64,000 bases of DNA from Oligoflexia bacterium (GTDB lineage Bacteria; Bdellovibrionota; Bacteriovoracia; Bacteriovoracales; Bacteriovoracaceae). The notes beneath the pieces were generated by a model. That model saw only the letters and a program-made list of their open reading frames with translations, was not told where the DNA came from and made no database searches. Both the position numbers and the translations under genes were made by a program. Below are positions 61,959-64,000 of this stretch, one piece after another. Within the stretch, counting starts at the first letter, position 1; the number at the start of each line of letters is the position of its first letter. Where the stretch lies: NCBI GenBank assembly GCA_015231955.1, contig JADGAN010000027.1, positions 7,582-71,581 of the forward strand, given 5' to 3'.

Positions 61959-62696
61959 ATGATTAAGGTAAGTGACTTAGTCAAGATTTTTCCACCCATC
62001 AAGGCCGTAAATGGGATCTCTTTTCAGATCAACAAGGGGGAAATTGTAGGACTACTAGGTCCTAATGGTGCGGGGAAAAGTACCACTGTGCGAATGATCA
62101 CCGGCTTTATTACCCCGACCTCAGGAACGATAGAGGTTCAAAATCTTCGTTACCCAGAAAAAATTCTAGAAGCACAAAAAAAGATCGGCTACGTCTCTGA
62201 AAACGCCGCTCTCTATGGCGATTTAAGCGTTTATGATTTTCTCCACTTTGTGGCCGAACTGCGAATGCTCCCTTGCGAACGCATTGAAGAGGAGATTGCT
62301 CGTGTTAGTAAAATCTGTGTATTAAATAAAGTACAGGAGCAAAAAATTGAAACGCTCTCCAAAGGTTTTAAACGCAGAGTCTCGCTGGCCCAAGCACTGA
62401 TTCACGATCCCGATATCTTAATTTTAGATGAGCCTACCGACGGACTCGATCCTAACCAAAAGCACGATGTACGCTTGATGATTAAATCGCTTGCAGAAAA
62501 TAAGTGCGTGATCATCTCCACGCATATTTTAGAGGAGGTCGAGGCCCTCTGCTCACGTGTAATGATCATTGCAGAAGGTTCGATCGTCTTTGATGGTGCG
62601 ACAGCAAATTTCAAAGCAAAATCCAATATTGGAAAACTTGATGATGTCTTTAGAGCGATGACCACACATGCAGAAGTCGAGGGGGTATGCTTATGA
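61959..62696 (+). CDS. ABC transporter ATP-binding protein (ABC-2 / GldA-like)
   Basis: Walker A GPNGAGKST, signature LSKGFKRR, Walker B ILILDEP. Confidence 0.9.
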   Translation: MIKVSDLVKIFPPIKAVNGISFQINKGEIVGLLGPNGAGKSTTVRMITGFITPTSGTIEVQNLRYPEKILEAQKKIGYVSENAALYGDLSVYDFLHFVAELRMLPCERIEEEIARVSKICVLNKVQEQKIETLSKGFKRRVSLAQALIHDPDILILDEPTDGLDPNQKHDVRLMIKSLAENKCVIISTHILEEVEALCSRVMIIAEGSIVFDGATANFKAKSNIGKLDDVFRAMTTHAEVEGVCL

Positions 62697-63445
62697 TGAT
62701 GATTTCACCGATTAGTAAAACAATCTTTAAGCGCGAATTAAAAAACTACTTTGCCTCTCCCATGGGTTATGTCTTCTTGGTCATCTTTTTAGTAGCGATT
62801 GGCCACTTAACCTTTACTCCAGGCATTGGTAGTTTCTTCCTTTTAAGACAAGCAACCCTTGCTGTGCTTTTTCAACAACTGCCTTGGCCGCTACTCTTTT
62901 TAATTCCGGCGGTTTCTATGAGACTTTGGTCAGAAGAACGCAAGAGCGGTACGGTGGAATTGCTCTTTACTCTCCCCATTACCGTAAAAGAAGCGGTGAT
63001 GGGAAAATTTCTGGCAGCGTGGGCATTCATTGCACTGGCCATTGTCGGAACGGCCCCCATGATTTTTACCGTGATCTATCTGGGATCTCCAGACATCAAA
63101 ACCATCTTCACCGGTTATTTGGCGGCGATCTTACTCGCCGGAGCTTTTCTCTCCATCGGGCAATTTTTCTCTGCACTCACTAAAAGTCAAGTGATCAGTT
63201 TTATTCTCTCTTCCGTCGTTTGTTACCTCTTTGTGCTTGCAGGCTCACCACCCTTTATCGAGTTTATGAGAAGCTTTTCTCCCCAGTATGTTTTAGATCT
63301 TTTTCAAGCTTTAAATATCTTAGCTCCCTATGAAGTTTTGTCCAAAGGAGTAGTTCGTCTATCCGATCTTTTTTATTTTATCATTTTGATTGGTAGTTTT
63401 TTAATGGCAACTATTTTTCTTTTGAATGAAAACAAAAGTCGCTAA
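62687..63445 (+). CDS. ABC-2 type permease (GldF-like)
   Basis: Six predicted TM segments. 10-nt overlap with the ATPase gene. Confidence 0.75.
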   Translation: MLMMMISPISKTIFKRELKNYFASPMGYVFLVIFLVAIGHLTFTPGIGSFFLLRQATLAVLFQQLPWPLLFLIPAVSMRLWSEERKSGTVELLFTLPITVKEAVMGKFLAAWAFIALAIVGTAPMIFTVIYLGSPDIKTIFTGYLAAILLAGAFLSIGQFFSALTKSQVISFILSSVVCYLFVLAGSPPFIEFMRSFSPQYVLDLFQALNILAPYEVLSKGVVRLSDLFYFIILIGSFLMATIFLLNENKSR

Positions 63446-63462
63446 TCTGGAGGTTCAAGATA

Positions 63463-64000
63463 ATGAAAATAAAAAAGTATGAGACACTGATCTTAATATC
63501 TCTATCCATCTGTGCGATGATCTTTGCGATCTATACCGCTACCACTGTGCTCAAGCGAGCAAAGGTGGATCTCTCTGATGATCGCCTTTACTCTCTCTCC
63601 CATGGAACGCAAGAGATCTTAAAAAAAATAAATACACCGATTACTCTTAAGCTTTATTATTCGCGAACTGCTGCTAGTAAAGGAACCGAAGGTCTTCGCC
63701 AATTTAACTCCTACTACCAATATATCCGCGACCTGCTGAGCGAGTACGTCTCCAAATCGCGCAATAACTTAAAGCTAGAAATCATCGACCCTCGTCCTGA
63801 CACCGAAGAGGAAGAGAGCGCCATGGCCTCCGGGCTTAAGAAGTTTTACTTAACCGACACTGAGTCTTACTTTTTTGGTTTAGTAGCATCCAATGAGAGT
63901 GGCAGCGAAAAGGCCATTGAATTTTTTGACCCTGCCAAGCAAGAAAGCGTTGAATATGAGATCAGTAAACTCATCTACAATGCTACTAATCCGCAAAAGA
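63463..64000 (+). CDS. GldG-like ABC-transporter auxiliary protein (5' part; continues beyond window)
   Basis: N-terminal TM anchor, then DLSDDRLYSLSHGTQEILKKINTPITLKLYYS, which is typical of GldG-family N-termini. Open to the window end. Confidence 0.7.
   Translation, partial: MKIKKYETLILISLSICAMIFAIYTATTVLKRAKVDLSDDRLYSLSHGTQEILKKINTPITLKLYYSRTAASKGTEGLRQFNSYYQYIRDLLSEYVSKSRNNLKLEIIDPRPDTEEEESAMASGLKKFYLTDTESYFFGLVASNESGSEKAIEFFDPAKQESVEYEISKLIYNATNPQK

Overview
This is a 64-kb chromosomal window from a Gram-negative bacterium; I cannot assign a phylum from the sequence alone. The Gram-negative call rests on the Kdo/LPS genes kdsB-pyrG-kdsA-kdsC-gpsA, a TolC-like protein and beta-barrel-like proteins. 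I support about 50 protein-coding genes and see no rRNA, tRNA or CRISPR array. Housekeeping blocks are rpiB-ahcY, a THUMP methyltransferase, fadH, the kds/pyrG/gpsA operon, pgi, an ABC-F ATPase and a GldA/F/G-like ABC transporter. These blocks are visibly higher in G+C (sampled 60-nt lines about 50-55%) and are interleaved with accessory material.

The accessory content I consider most interesting:
- A 106-bp non-autonomous element (MITE) with IS66-type ends. There are four near-identical copies, three with intact 8-bp target duplications, plus two IS66-family transposase fragments.
- A low-G+C island of about 10 kb (about 14.3-24.6 kb; sampled lines 22-38% G+C). It carries a GNAT, a methyltransferase, a hybrid histidine kinase with a receiver protein, a sigma-54-promoted small outer-membrane protein, an aspartate racemase and a CheA-like kinase with a hemerythrin.
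- Three paralogous signal-peptide proteins that fuse a papain-like (clan CA) cysteine-peptidase-like domain to ankyrin repeats. Two of them have A8-A10 homopolymers right after the start codon.
- A recurring sigma-28/FliA-like promoter motif upstream of the MCP gene, the CheA-like gene and several secreted-protein genes.
- A signal-peptide-bearing class II terpene-cyclase-like protein with a DxDDTA motif, next to an FAD oxidoreductase.
- A histidine-kinase-like protein whose phospho-acceptor His and N-box Asn appear substituted.
- A class II Fic protein next to an overlapping small-ORF/minimal-nucleotidyltransferase pair.
- A REP-like 22-30-nt intergenic repeat family.

All calls come from reading the sequence and the supplied ORF translations by eye. 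No searches or computations were run, so family assignments rest on recognised motifs. Start codons were re-picked where the ORF track used upstream TTG/GTG starts.
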